A stretch of 64,000 nt of DNA from an uncultured Acidobacteriota bacterium (lineage in GTDB: Bacteria; Acidobacteriota; Vicinamibacteria; Fen-336), in the NCBI GenBank assembly GCA_963732935.1, contig CAVTBK010000002.1, positions 611,650 through 675,649 on the forward strand. Reading direction: 5' to 3'. Under the pieces are notes generated by a model. It was not told the origin of the DNA and ran no database searches. It saw only the letters and a program-made list of their open reading frames with translations. This document shows, piece by piece, positions 26,552 through 41,711 of this stretch (position 1 is its first letter; each line of letters opens with the position of its first letter). A program made the translations under genes and the position numbers.

Positions 26552-27810
26552 GCAGCATCCTCTCCGACGAGCTGCTGGACGCGCTCATCGCCTGCGGGCA
26601 GGTCGACGTGCTGGTGGGCCTGCCCACCCTCAACCACGCGGACACCCTGGGTCCGGCGCTGCGCGCGACCCGTGCCGCCTTCAACAACCATTTCTCGCGG
26701 GAGCGCACGGTCCTGCTCAACTCCGACGGCGGGTCGACCGACGGCACCACCGACCTGGTGCGCGACGCGCCCCTGGCGGAGGGGGAAACGCTCCTCACCT
26801 CGCAGAGCCTGCGCACCCGCCATCGCATCAGCGCCCCCTACCACGGTGTCCCGGGCAAGGCCGGGGCCATCCAGACCATCTTCGCCGCCGCGGATCTCCT
26901 GCAGGCGCGCGCCGTGGCCGTGCTCGACCCCGAGGTGGTGAGCGTGACGGCCGACTCCCTGGCGGCCCTCGTGCGCCCGGTCCTGCGGGACGGCATCGAC
27001 TTCGTCTCGCCGGCCTACGCCCGCCATCCCCTCGACGGCCCGCTGGTGACACAGGTGGTGCGACCCGTCTTCCGGGCCGCCTTCGGACCGCCCCTGCAGG
27101 AGCCGCTGGCCGGGGAGTTCGCCTGCTCCGGCTCCTTCGCCGCCCATTGCCTCACGCTCAAGGACTGGGCGAACGACCAGCTGCGGGTCGCCATCGACCT
27201 GTGGCTGACCGCGGTCGCCGCGGGCGGCTCTTTCCGTCTCGGCGAGGCTCTGCTCGGCCCCCGCCAGCTCGCGCCCCATCCCGGGCCGGGGATCTCGGGA
27301 CTGGTGGCCCAGGTGCTGGACGCCCTCTTCACCTGCCTGCGGCTGCAGGAAGAGGCCTGGACGACGCGCGGCACCGTCGAGCCGGTCGCCAGCTTCGGCT
27401 CCGCCCAGCCCGCGCCGGAGGCCACCGCCGTCGTCGACGTCCCGGGAGAGGCGGCCCGTTTCCGGGAGGGCCTGGCGGCGTTCGAGCCGATGTTGGCGCG
27501 GGCGCTGCGTGCCGAGACGCTCGACGCGCTGCGCGCCGCCGCGGCTGCCGAGGGAGCGCTGCGGCTCTCCGACGAGCTGTGGGCCCGGGCCATCATCGAT
27601 CTGGCCGTCGCGCACGCGAAGGCCACGCTGAGCCGCGACCACCTGGTCCAGGCCGCCGTCCCCCTCTACCTGGGGCGGCTCGCCTCCTTCGCGGCGGAAG
27701 CCGCCGGCGACACGGTCGAGGTAGTCCAGCAGCGGCTCGAGGAGCTATCGCTCCAGTTCGAAAGACTCCGGCCCGAGCTCGTCGAGCTCTGGGCCACCGT
27801 CGGGAGGTGA
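26548..27810 (+). CDS. GT-A-fold glycosyltransferase-like protein, coupled to treS
   Basis: 420 aa. The GTG overlaps the treS stop (GTGA). [37 protein letters not shown] resembles family-2-type nucleotide-sugar transferases. The exact family is not resolved. Confidence 0.5.
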   Translation: MSSILSDELLDALIACGQVDVLVGLPTLNHADTLGPALRATRAAFNNHFSRERTVLLNSDGGSTDGTTDLVRDAPLAEGETLLTSQSLRTRHRISAPYHGVPGKAGAIQTIFAAADLLQARAVAVLDPEVVSVTADSLAALVRPVLRDGIDFVSPAYARHPLDGPLVTQVVRPVFRAAFGPPLQEPLAGEFACSGSFAAHCLTLKDWANDQLRVAIDLWLTAVAAGGSFRLGEALLGPRQLAPHPGPGISGLVAQVLDALFTCLRLQEEAWTTRGTVEPVASFGSAQPAPEATAVVDVPGEAARFREGLAAFEPMLARALRAETLDALRAAAAAEGALRLSDELWARAIIDLAVAHAKATLSRDHLVQAAVPLYLGRLASFAAEAAGDTVEVVQQRLEELSLQFERLRPELVELWATVGR

Positions 27811-27813
27811 CCT

Positions 27814-28515
27814 GTGGCCGACGCCATTCTCCGCACGTTGCGCGACACCTGGACCGGCTACCTGGACATGGTGCTCGCGATCCTGCCACGCCTGCTCTCG
27901 ATGGTCAGCATCGTCGTGGTGGGGATCCTGATCGCGGCCCTGGCCCGGTTCGTCACCGTACGGGGCCTCCGCCTGCTGCGGCTGCCGCGGCTCGCCGAGC
28001 GCACCGGCACGGCGGAGCTGCTGCGCAAGGCCGAGCTGCCCCCCGCCGAGCGGCTGCTCGCCTCGCTCGTCTTCTGGCTCTTCCTCGCCGGCTTCCTGCT
28101 GGTGGGCCTGGACGTCCTCGGTGTCCACGTGCTCGGGTCGCTGCGGAACGAGGTCTCCTTGCTGGTACCGCGTTTCATGGCCTCGCTCGCCATCCTGGCC
28201 ATCGGCCTGGTGCTAGCCAACGTCGCCCTGCGCGTGCTGCTGCTGGCCACGGTCAACGCGGGCTGGCCATTCGGCCGCGCGGTCAGCAACGGCGTCTACG
28301 TGCTCCTGGTCACGGTGACCATCGCCATGGCCCTGGAGCACCTGGGCGTCGCACGGTCTATCGTTCTGGTCGCCTTCGCGATCGCCTTCGGCGCCCTCAT
28401 GCTCGCGCTCGCGATCGCTCTCGGCATGGGCGGCGGGCCGATCGTGCGACGCATGCTCGAGGAGCGCCTGGCCGAGCGCCAGAGACCTCGCCCCGATCCC
28501 TCGGCCCACCTCTGA
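27814..28515 (+). CDS. polytopic membrane protein with conserved TM-helix repeats (mechanosensitive-channel-associated type)
   Basis: 233 aa with four or more hydrophobic helices. GTG start 3 nt after the previous stop. Confidence 0.45.
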   Translation: MADAILRTLRDTWTGYLDMVLAILPRLLSMVSIVVVGILIAALARFVTVRGLRLLRLPRLAERTGTAELLRKAELPPAERLLASLVFWLFLAGFLLVGLDVLGVHVLGSLRNEVSLLVPRFMASLAILAIGLVLANVALRVLLLATVNAGWPFGRAVSNGVYVLLVTVTIAMALEHLGVARSIVLVAFAIAFGALMLALAIALGMGGGPIVRRMLEERLAERQRPRPDPSAHL

Positions 28516-28545
28516 GGATCGGCGGCAGGGCGGTGGCCAGGCCGC

Positions 28546-31500
28546 TCACCGGTGTCGTCGGTTGTCGTCGCGCCGGTCGGGATCGCCTCGGTCTGCGTCC
28601 TGCTCGCCCGGCTCCTCCGCGTGGATCAGCAGGAAGCTGCTGGCGTCGGAGAGCACCGTCTGGGGATCCAGCCGCTGCAGCACGCGGACCTGATGCGCCC
28701 CGACCTGCAGGGCGCCGGGGACCAGCTTGGTGCGGAAGCTGCCGTCCTGGTTCACGGCCACGGGCACCTTGACCGGCGCCCCGTCCAGGGTGATCTCGAT
28801 CGGCGCCTGGGCGTCCAGGGCGAAGTTGCGGCCTTGGATCTCGAGCGGCTCTCCGAAGGCGACGAGAGGCGTTCCGTCCATGACGGAGCCCGATACGAGC
28901 TGAAGGTACGGCTTGCCCTCGACGCCCGAAGTGGACTTTCCGAGGTCCTGGAAGGGCACGACCGGACCGGGCACCGCCAGCTGCGCGACCTCCTTGGAGG
29001 CCACCAGGTAGCGGATGCTGTCCCCCTTGAGAGCCAGGCCCCGCAGCACCAGGCCCGCGGACTGGAGCCTGCGAACGGCAGGCAGCCCGGCGAAAGCGAA
29101 GGGCAGGCGTCGTCCCGAGTCGTCGACGGGGAGGGTGACCTTCGGGTCGTCCGAGAGGACGAGCGCGGTCGCGCCCGGGTCGACGGAGACGCTGCGCAGC
29201 ACACCCCCGGGGGCACGCAGAGACTCGATCCGCCCGTCGAAGACCAGCAGGATGCGGTCCACGTCGACGAGCTGGGGAACCGGCCCCAGCTGGAAGAAGC
29301 GCGGATCGAAGGCGAGGCAGGAGCCCAGGCAGAGCGGCTGGTAGGCGTCGATGGCGGGACGGATGAAGAGCCGGACCTTCCAGAGCCCCCGCCCGTAGGT
29401 CGACACGATCGCGCTCGAGTCCGACTCCCAGTGGAAGGAGGTGACGTAGGTCGCCCGCTCCGAGCCGGCGATCCGCTCCCAGGCCGAGCCGCGGTCCTTC
29501 GAGAAGTAGATGCCGCCCTCCGAGGTGCCGAGCAGGACGAAGTTCGGGTTCTGCGGACAGAAGCTGACCGCGGTCACCAGGGGGAAGGCGTAGGAGCCGG
29601 TCGTGTAGGGGTCGTCGTCGGTGAAGGTGAGCGCCCCGCGGTGGGTGATGAAGTCGGTGAGGTCCGTCATCTCCCGCCAGGTCTCGCCGCCATCCCAGGA
29701 CTGCTTGAGTTTGCCCTCGAGGGCGTCGGGCGCGATCAGGTGCATGGGATCGGTCGGGTCCACGCCGAACACCTTGTACCAGGCGAACATGGTGGGGTTG
29801 GTGCCGAGACCGGAGAAGCCGGTCATGGCGGGATAGGTGAGGCTGCCCGAGGGGGAGCCCAGGAAGTCGGAGACGCGAGCGAGCGAGATGATCTCGTTGC
29901 CGTCGGCGTTCACTCCGGTGCGGACGGCCTGGTAGAAGACCGGATCCGACTCCGGCCCGGAAAGCTTGGGCAGCTCGCGGAACTCCTCGGGGATCTCGAC
30001 GAACTGCCGCCAGCTCGCCCCCAGGTCCTCCGTGATCGATTCGCCCTGGGGGGAAGTGTCGGTGGCCGGCGAGTGCTGGATGTGGACGCCCCGCGTCACG
30101 AAGACGGGGCTCCCGAAGCCGGGCTGCGGGTCCGGCCAGTCCACCTGGTTGCGGAAGTTCGCGTCACTCATCACCGTGTTGCAGCCTGCGCAGACGACGT
30201 AGGTGACCTTCGTCTCGGCGGCGGACGATACGTGCCGCTCGAGCTGCAGGTGGAAGCCCTCGGCCCCGGTCCTGTAGTTCCAGGTGCGCCCGTCGTCGGT
30301 GGAGGACCACAGGTCGTTGTCCTGGGTCGCGAAGTAGAGGTCGTAGCGCCGGTAGTCACCCACCTTCTGCCCGGCCACCTCGGTGACCTGGAGCGCGTTC
30401 AACCCGCCCGGCCCGCTGCCCGAGACCCGGAAGTTCCTGCCTCCGTCGCGTGTCACGTGGAAGCCGCCGTCCGTGCCGAGATAGCGTGGCCACCGCGCGC
30501 CGTCGAAGGCGAGTACGCGCGCGTCGGAGTGATCGGCGCTCATCTCCTGCCAGGTCCCCCCGTAGTCGGGCCGGCCGGTGGTCGGAGAGATGGGCGCGTA
30601 CAGGCGCGAGGCGTCGCAGCGGTTCCCGTAGTAGAGCTCGATCGCCGGCCGGCGCGAGGGCAGGAGCGGAGAGAAGGGCGGCCGAAGCGCCTGCACGAAC
30701 TCGATGCCGCCGCAGCCGCCCCATCCTCCGGGAGCGCTCTCGATGGGGGTCCAGGAGGCGCCCGCGTCCTCCGAGACGAAGAGTCGCGTGTCGCGGTTGA
30801 CTACGTACGCGTCCAGCGGCCGTACCGGCGAGCGCGAGAAGGCGCGGATGGAGATGACCTGGCCCACGCCGGGCGTCGACGCGGTCCAACTGCTCCCGCC
30901 GTCCGCCGAGTACCAGATCCCGGTGAACCCACCCAGCAGCACGTGGCCCCCTCCGAGCGCCTCGACCGAGGCGAAGATGGACTGGGCGGAGTCCGACGGG
31001 TTCCTGGTGTAGGGGATCTCCACGTGGCTCCAGGAGGCGCCGCCGTCGTCACTCGAGGAGACCCCGCAGTCCGTGGCGACGTAGAGGGCGCCGCTGTCGG
31101 GCGCGATCGAGAGACCGTACGCGGTGGGACGTGCCAGGCACTTCGGACTCTCGGGCGGGACCGAGCCGGCCGGCTTCTCCCAGGTCAGCCCGCCGTCGAC
31201 GCTGCGCCAGATGCCGCCGCCACCCGGCAGCTTGAAGTCGCGCCCGGTGGTGGCGATCACGGTTTCGCCTTCGGCGTCGACGTAGGCGACCCGCCGCATC
31301 CGGAAGCAGGGGAGGCCGTCCACGTGCGTCCAGTGCGCCCCGCTGTCCGTGCTCCGGAAGAGTCCCCCGCTCTCGGTGGCCGCGAGCAGCTCGCTCGAAC
31401 GAAGCGGGTGGACCGCGATGTCGTTCACGCGCCCGCCCCAGGGAATGTCCGGCTGGAACTCCTCGATGGTGGGTGTGACGGCGATGAGGCGGGGATCCAG

Positions 31501-31569
31501 AACCGGCTGCGCGGCGACGGCGACCGCCGAAAACAGCAGGGCGCCCGCGAGAGTCAGCTGCCTCGTCAT
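28546..31569 (-). CDS. secreted BNR/Asp-box repeat protein (sortilin/Vps10- or sialidase-like propellers) with Ig-like C-terminus
   Basis: 1007 aa with a signal peptide and about ten SxDxGxTW motifs (STDSGAHW, SVDGGLTW, SDDGGASW, SADGGSSW, SEDAGASW, STDDGRTW, SWDGGETW, SKDRGSAW). Confidence 0.8.
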   Translation of the reverse strand: MTRQLTLAGALLFSAVAVAAQPVLDPRLIAVTPTIEEFQPDIPWGGRVNDIAVHPLRSSELLAATESGGLFRSTDSGAHWTHVDGLPCFRMRRVAYVDAEGETVIATTGRDFKLPGGGGIWRSVDGGLTWEKPAGSVPPESPKCLARPTAYGLSIAPDSGALYVATDCGVSSSDDGGASWSHVEIPYTRNPSDSAQSIFASVEALGGGHVLLGGFTGIWYSADGGSSWTASTPGVGQVISIRAFSRSPVRPLDAYVVNRDTRLFVSEDAGASWTPIESAPGGWGGCGGIEFVQALRPPFSPLLPSRRPAIELYYGNRCDASRLYAPISPTTGRPDYGGTWQEMSADHSDARVLAFDGARWPRYLGTDGGFHVTRDGGRNFRVSGSGPGGLNALQVTEVAGQKVGDYRRYDLYFATQDNDLWSSTDDGRTWNYRTGAEGFHLQLERHVSSAAETKVTYVVCAGCNTVMSDANFRNQVDWPDPQPGFGSPVFVTRGVHIQHSPATDTSPQGESITEDLGASWRQFVEIPEEFRELPKLSGPESDPVFYQAVRTGVNADGNEIISLARVSDFLGSPSGSLTYPAMTGFSGLGTNPTMFAWYKVFGVDPTDPMHLIAPDALEGKLKQSWDGGETWREMTDLTDFITHRGALTFTDDDPYTTGSYAFPLVTAVSFCPQNPNFVLLGTSEGGIYFSKDRGSAWERIAGSERATYVTSFHWESDSSAIVSTYGRGLWKVRLFIRPAIDAYQPLCLGSCLAFDPRFFQLGPVPQLVDVDRILLVFDGRIESLRAPGGVLRSVSVDPGATALVLSDDPKVTLPVDDSGRRLPFAFAGLPAVRRLQSAGLVLRGLALKGDSIRYLVASKEVAQLAVPGPVVPFQDLGKSTSGVEGKPYLQLVSGSVMDGTPLVAFGEPLEIQGRNFALDAQAPIEITLDGAPVKVPVAVNQDGSFRTKLVPGALQVGAHQVRVLQRLDPQTVLSDASSFLLIHAEEPGEQDADRGDPDRRDDNRRHR

Positions 31570-31719
31570 ACGGTCCTCCTCCTGGGCACCGCCACCATGC
31601 GGCGCTCCGCGCCGCGGAGCACGTCACGGCCCGCGCCCGACTGCTGGGCTGGAATGTGAAAAGCTGTGTCATGATAGCGCAACTCGAGCTTGGGCGGAAA
31701 CGGCCGCTGGGGAGACGGC

Positions 31720-32307
31720 TCAGCCCCGCTCGGGTCCGCCCAGGATCTTGTCCGCGAACTCCGGGTAGAGGCGCCGCGTGCATTCCGGGCAGAGCCCGTG
31801 GGTGAACTCGGCATCGGTGTGATCCCTGACGTAGGCCTCGATCTGGCTCCACGAGCCCTGGTCGTCGCGGATGCGCTTGCAGGCGCTGCAGATCGGCAGA
31901 AGACCGCGGAGCTGCTTGACCTCGCCGAGCGCGGTCTCGGTCTCGACCCGCAGCGCCCGCTCCCGCGCCGCCCTCGCCCTCAGGTGGCTGACGCCGAGCG
32001 CGATCACCGCGAAAGCGATCAGCCGAATCACCCCGTTCCAATAGGCGAGCCGGGGATTCAGGTAGGGATGGCCGGAGTGGACATCGGCGACCAACCAGGC
32101 CAGCGCGGCGAGGAGCGAAGTCGCCAGCCCGGCGGCCCGCCCTAGGCGCCAGGCCGCGAGTGCGATGGGCAGATAGTAGAAGACGAAGAACTGCAGGTCG
32201 TAGCCGGTCGCGTCGTCGAGCCACCCGATGCCGACGAGCAACGCCACGACGGCGACGGCTGTGACCATCACGCGAGAGCGCCCGCGCATTCGGCTCGACT
32301 CTAGCAT
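31720..32307 (-). CDS. membrane protein with coiled coil and Cys-rich C-terminal LPICxxCKxIRDD..HGxCPxC module
   Basis: 195 aa with 3-4 TM helices, then ..LRGLLPICSACKRIRDDQGSWSQIEAYVRDHTDAEFTHGLCPECTRRLYPE. Confidence 0.6.
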   Translation of the reverse strand: MLESSRMRGRSRVMVTAVAVVALLVGIGWLDDATGYDLQFFVFYYLPIALAAWRLGRAAGLATSLLAALAWLVADVHSGHPYLNPRLAYWNGVIRLIAFAVIALGVSHLRARAARERALRVETETALGEVKQLRGLLPICSACKRIRDDQGSWSQIEAYVRDHTDAEFTHGLCPECTRRLYPEFADKILGGPERG

Positions 32308-32350
32308 GCTCGGCCGGTGGACCCCCGCCGGGGCGCCTCGGCGGCGCGCC

Positions 32351-34318
<1,968 letters not shown>

Positions 34319-34365
34319 CGGTGCGCGGCGGCGTTGCCTGTAGGGAGCCTAGACTAGCACGTGGC

Positions 34366-36441
34366 TCACCACACCCGGACGCGGTCGGCGGGGGCCAGAT
34401 AGAGCGCCTGGCCGGGGCGGACGCCGAAGGCCGCGTACCAGGGATCGAGGTTCCTGACCGTGTCGGCGCGGTACTCGCCGGGCGCGTGGCCGTCCTGGAT
34501 GACCTGCTGGCGCAGCGCGGCCTCGCGCACCTTGATCCGCCAGCTCTGCGCGAAGCTCAGGAAGAACTGCTGGTCGGGCGAGAGGCCCGCCGTCACGACA
34601 CCCGCCTGGCCGTCCAGGGAGAGGTGGTAGGCGTCGTAGGCGGCCGCCAGTCCGGCCACGTCCGCGAGGTTCTCGCTCAGGGTGAGCTTGCCGTTCACGT
34701 GCAGGTCGGGGAACGGTCGGTAGGCGTCGTACTGCGCGACCAGGCGCTCCGCGGCCTTCTCGAAGTGGGCGCGGTCGGCGTCCGTCCACCAGTCCCGCAG
34801 CCGGCCGGTGGCGTCGAACTGAGACCCCTGGTCGTCGAAGCTGTGGCTCACCTCGTGGCCGATCACGGCTCCGATCGCCCCGTAGTCCATCGCCAGCGGC
34901 CGGTCGGGATCGAAGAAAGGAGGCTGCAGGATGGCGGCCGGGAAGTTGAGGGCGTTCATCGCCGGCAGGTTCACGGCGTTCACCGTCTGCGGCGTCATCA
35001 CCCACTCGGAGCGGTCGACCGGCCGGTCGAGCTTGGCGAGGTCGCGGTGCAGCTCGAAGATCTCCGCGCGACGGAAGTTGCCGAAAGCGTCTCCTCGCAC
35101 GACCACGAGGCCGGAGTAGTCCCGCCAGTGGTCCGGGTAGCCCACGCCCACCCGGAGCACGGCAAGCTTCTGCCTGGCCTGGGCCTTGGTGCTCGCAGCC
35201 ATCCAGTCCAGGCGGTCGATGCGCCGGCCGAAGGCGGTGATCAGGTTCCGGACCATGCCTTCGATCCGCGCCTTCGCAGCCGGCGGGAAGTAGCGAGCCA
35301 CGTAGAGGCGGCCCACGGCTTCGCCCAGGGCGGCGCTGGTGGCGTCCACCGCCCGCTTCCACGCCTCGCGTCGGACCGGCACTCCCGCCATCACGGTCCC
35401 GTGGAAGGCGAACTGCTCCTCTCCGAACGCGCGAGGCAGGACCGATGCGTGGTGCACGAGGGCATGGAAGGTCAGGTAGTCCTTCCAGTTCTCCAGGGGC
35501 ACCTCCCCGACCAGGACCGAGATTCCGGCCACGGCCGCGGGATGCCAGACCACGAACTCCTGCTGGCTCCCGAGCCCGGCCGCCTCGAAGAAGACGTTCC
35601 AGTCGAGGCCGGGCGCCCTCCGCACGAACTCCGCGCGCGACCAGTGGTTGTCCCCTTTGCGCACGTCCTCCGAGTCCTCCCGCGTCGCGTGCACCTGGGC
35701 GATGCGGTGCTCGAGGTCGACGATGCGCGCGGCCTGGGCCTCCACCTCGGGAAGGTGGGCGAGGGTGAGCACCTTCGCCACGTGGGCTCGGAACCGACTT
35801 CGCACCTCCGCCATGCGCGGCGACTCGTCCAGGTAGTACTCGCGAGCCGGCATCTCGAGACCACCCTGTAGGAGGAAGGGGAGGTAGCGGGTGGGCTGGT
35901 CGAGGTCCTGGGCGACCCAGAGGCCGAGCAGGTTGTCGGTGTAGAGGTTGGTCGCGTTGAGGGGGTCGACGTCGGCGCGCAGCGTCCCACCGAGGAAGCG
36001 CGCCAGCACGGCGCGATCGGTGATCGCCGCGATGCTGTCGAGCGTGGACTGCAGCGGCGCCAGTCCCTTCGCCTCGATGGCCGCCTCGTCCGTGAGGCTC
36101 GCGTAGTAGTCGCCGATCTTCCGCTCGTCGGAGCCCGCGGGCGCTCCCGCCTTCGCCGCGTGCTGGATCAGCTCCGCCGTGCGCCGGGTGGTCAGCTCGG
36201 CCAGCACCGCTCCGGGGCCGTAGGCGGCGCGGTCTGCCGGGATCTCGGTCGCCTTCAGCCAGGCGCCGTTGGCGTAGCGGAAGAAGTCGTCGCCGGGAAC
36301 GACCGCGTGGTCGGTCCCGGCGAGGTCGAGACCGACTCCCGCGGCGGTGTTCGCCTCCCGGACGGAGAGCGCGGCCGCGAAGAAGACGGCGCTGAACAGA
36401 ACGGCGGCGATCTGAGCGGTTCTGCGGGCGAGGACGGGCAT
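34366..36441 (-). CDS. M13-family zinc metallopeptidase (PepO / endothelin-converting-enzyme-like)
   Basis: 691 aa from MPVLARRTAQIAAVLF (signal). GDDFFRYANGAWL.., HEVSHSFDDQG, ENLADVAGL, ends ..VW. Confidence 0.85.
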   Translation of the reverse strand: MPVLARRTAQIAAVLFSAVFFAAALSVREANTAAGVGLDLAGTDHAVVPGDDFFRYANGAWLKATEIPADRAAYGPGAVLAELTTRRTAELIQHAAKAGAPAGSDERKIGDYYASLTDEAAIEAKGLAPLQSTLDSIAAITDRAVLARFLGGTLRADVDPLNATNLYTDNLLGLWVAQDLDQPTRYLPFLLQGGLEMPAREYYLDESPRMAEVRSRFRAHVAKVLTLAHLPEVEAQAARIVDLEHRIAQVHATREDSEDVRKGDNHWSRAEFVRRAPGLDWNVFFEAAGLGSQQEFVVWHPAAVAGISVLVGEVPLENWKDYLTFHALVHHASVLPRAFGEEQFAFHGTVMAGVPVRREAWKRAVDATSAALGEAVGRLYVARYFPPAAKARIEGMVRNLITAFGRRIDRLDWMAASTKAQARQKLAVLRVGVGYPDHWRDYSGLVVVRGDAFGNFRRAEIFELHRDLAKLDRPVDRSEWVMTPQTVNAVNLPAMNALNFPAAILQPPFFDPDRPLAMDYGAIGAVIGHEVSHSFDDQGSQFDATGRLRDWWTDADRAHFEKAAERLVAQYDAYRPFPDLHVNGKLTLSENLADVAGLAAAYDAYHLSLDGQAGVVTAGLSPDQQFFLSFAQSWRIKVREAALRQQVIQDGHAPGEYRADTVRNLDPWYAAFGVRPGQALYLAPADRVRVW

Positions 36442-36629
36442 GTTCAACCCCTTGAAGATGGGTGAGGCCGTGCGCACTTGGATTCTCGCGCCGCGGCGGC
36501 GGAAGGCAAGGGAGCCGGCGCACTCGGTCTCCCGGTCCCAGGACCCTCGACCCGCTCGCCGCGGCGGGCTAACATGACCGGTTGCCCCCACGCGCCGCGA
36601 AAGCGGCGACAGCGGGGCCAGGGGAGGCC

Positions 36630-39487
<2,858 letters not shown>

Positions 39488-39491
<4 letters not shown>

Positions 39492-40234
39492 CCGCCGATG
39501 CCGGGGATCGGTTCACCGGAGCGGCGGACCTCTACGCGCGACACCGTCCCGGCTACCCGCCGGCGCTCGTCGATTGGGTGATCCGCGAGGCGGGGCTCGC
39601 CCACGGCGATCGGGTGGCGGACGTCGGCTGCGGGACGGGGATTGCCTCTCGCCTCCTGGCGGAACACGGACTCCGGGTGATCGGCGTCGACCCGAACGCG
39701 GACATGCTCCGCGAGGCGGCCGGGCAAGGGGGCGCACGCTACCTGCGCGCGAGGGCCGAGGCGACCGGCCTCGCCGACGCGAGCGTCCGGCTCGTGGTGC
39801 TGGCCCAGGCCCTGCACTGGCTCGCCCTGGAGCCCGCCCTCGCCGAGCTCGGACGTGTGCTCACGCCCGGCGCCCGGCTGGCCGTCCTCTACAACCTCCG
39901 TGGCGAGAGCCCGTTCATGGCCGAGTACGACGCGCTGCTGCGCCGCTTTAGCGGGGAGTACCGGGTGCTCGAGAGCTGGCGACAGGCGCTCGCGACGCTC
40001 GAGGCGCACACGCGGGTCCGGGACCCTCTGCGGTGCGAGCTCTCCCACGCGCAGCGGCTCGACGCCGAGGGGCTGCTGGGCCGCGCCTTCTCGAGCTCCT
40101 ACGTCTTCCGCGGGGTCGCCGACCGCGAGGGCTTCGCCCAGGCGCTCCGCGCGCTCCACCACCGGTACGCCCGCGACGGCCGGATCGAGTTCCCCTATCG
40201 GGCGGTCGGCGTCCTGGTCCGTCTTCTGTCCTGA
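39488..40234 (+). CDS. class I SAM-dependent methyltransferase
   Basis: 248 aa. VADVGCGTGIASRLL motif I. Its ATG overlaps the uvrA stop (ATGA). Confidence 0.75.
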
Positions 40235-40289
40235 CCCGCGGCAGGCGGCCGCGCGCCGGACGATGCCGACGCCCGCCGGGAGGCCGTTC

Positions 40290-41036
40290 TCACTCCGGTG
40301 AGCGCTCCACGTAGCGGCTGAGGAGGAGGGCGGCCTCGTCGAGGGCCGTCTCGCGCTCGAAGCGGTCGGCCGGCCCGTGCGCCAGCCAGCCGCTCACCGT
40401 CTCCGTCACCTCGAAGAGGAGATGCGCCATGAGCTCGGTGTCGTCGCGCCGGACGTCGGCGCGCGCCCGCAGGATCCGCGCGAGCTCGGCCCGGTACACC
40501 TCTTCGTAGTGGCCGAAGGCGGCGGGCACGCGCGGCATCTGACCGACCTGCTCCTCGACCGCACGCGCCATCCGAGGATCGGCCTCGTGGAGCGCGAGCA
40601 GGCGCGCGAGCAGGTTGCGGACGCCCGCCCGCAAGGGGACAGCGGGGTCGGCGAGCAGCGGCACGCACTCCCGAATGGTGGCGGCCACCGCCTGCAGGTG
40701 CCGGTCGAGCAGGGCCGTCAGGATCGCGTCCTTGTTCGGGAAGTACTGGTAGAGAGACCCGACCGAGATGCCCGCCCGCCGGGCCATCTCGTTGGTGGTC
40801 GTCCGAGGGTAGCCGCGGGAGGCGAAGGTAGCGACGGCGGCGCCCAGGATCGCCTCCACGGTCGCCCGCGACCGCTCCTGGGTGGGGTCCTTCCGAGGGG
40901 CGAGGCGGCGGGGCAACGCGGGGCGGGCGGGCGGCGCGGGAACGCGAGCCGCTCGTCTCGCGACCCCGCGCGAGCCGCGCGGACGGCCCCGTCCCGGCCC
41001 GCCTTTCCGGCCATTCTGCCGCGTCCCCTCGCCCAT
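40290..41036 (-). CDS. TetR/AcrR-family transcriptional regulator
   Basis: 248 aa (alternative start at 41075). HTH is TTNEMARRAGISVGSLYQYFPNKDAIL. Divergent from the methyltransferase at 41094. Confidence 0.8.
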   Translation of the reverse strand: MGEGTRQNGRKGGPGRGRPRGSRGVARRAARVPAPPARPALPRRLAPRKDPTQERSRATVEAILGAAVATFASRGYPRTTTNEMARRAGISVGSLYQYFPNKDAILTALLDRHLQAVAATIRECVPLLADPAVPLRAGVRNLLARLLALHEADPRMARAVEEQVGQMPRVPAAFGHYEEVYRAELARILRARADVRRDDTELMAHLLFEVTETVSGWLAHGPADRFERETALDEAALLLSRYVERSPE

Positions 41037-41093
41037 GCCAGCCCCCTCCAAATGCGAGTCGACAATGTGAGCCATCACTCGTATTTTGTGGGC

Positions 41094-41711
41094 ATGATAT
41101 CGAACCAAGCCTCGCAGGGGAAGCCGGCATCGCAAGACAGAACGCCCGGGCGCATCTGCCCCTGGTGGGCGGGCCCGCTGCTGTGCTGCCCGGTGCGCAA
41201 CTGGCTGGAATCGCCGAAGGCCCTGCTCGCCCCTCACGTCCGCCCGGGCATGACGGTGCTGGAGCCCGGCTGCGGGATGGGGTTCTTCAGCCTGCCCCTG
41301 GCCCGGATGGTCGGCACGTCGGGACGCGTCGTCTGCGTGGACGTCCAACCCCGGATGGTGGCCGGCCTCGCCCGGCGGGCGCGGCGGGCCGGTCTCTCCG
41401 AGCGCATCACCGCCATGGCCTGCCCTCCGGGCGATCTGGGTGTCGCAGAGTGGACCGGCCGCGTCGATCTCGCCGTGGCCATCCATGTCGTGCACGAGAT
41501 CGGCGATCCGGAGCGCTTCTTCCGTCAGATCGGGAGCGCGCTGCGACCCGGCGGCCGTCTCTTCGTGCTGGAGCCGCGAGGACACGTCTCCCCGGAGGGA
41601 TTCGAAGAGGAGATTGCGATCGCCCGGCGGACGGGCCTAGTCATGGTCGATGGCTCAGGCTTCAAGCGGAACCACGCCGCGCTTCTCTCCAGGCCGGAGG
41701 TGGGCCAGTGA
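41094..41711 (+). CDS. class I SAM-dependent methyltransferase
   Basis: 205 aa. VLEPGCGMGFFSLPLA motif I. Divergent from the TetR gene with a gap of under 60 bp. Confidence 0.7.
   Translation: MISNQASQGKPASQDRTPGRICPWWAGPLLCCPVRNWLESPKALLAPHVRPGMTVLEPGCGMGFFSLPLARMVGTSGRVVCVDVQPRMVAGLARRARRAGLSERITAMACPPGDLGVAEWTGRVDLAVAIHVVHEIGDPERFFRQIGSALRPGGRLFVLEPRGHVSPEGFEEEIAIARRTGLVMVDGSGFKRNHAALLSRPEVGQ

Noticed and set aside
28552-31659. 1035-aa plus-strand ORF. Similar giant ORFs occur at 3590..4942(+), 5895..8078(+), 21293..23785(-), 24908..26485(-), 32228..34357(+), 34349..36523(-) and 59317..61125(-).
   Set aside because: These are antisense or off-frame shadows of well-supported genes (BNR protein, HK/RR, AGCS/peptidase, TreS, kinase, M13 peptidase, Wzc). 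Their composition is Arg/Gly/Pro/Ala-dominated with no family motifs, which is expected in DNA of about 70% GC.
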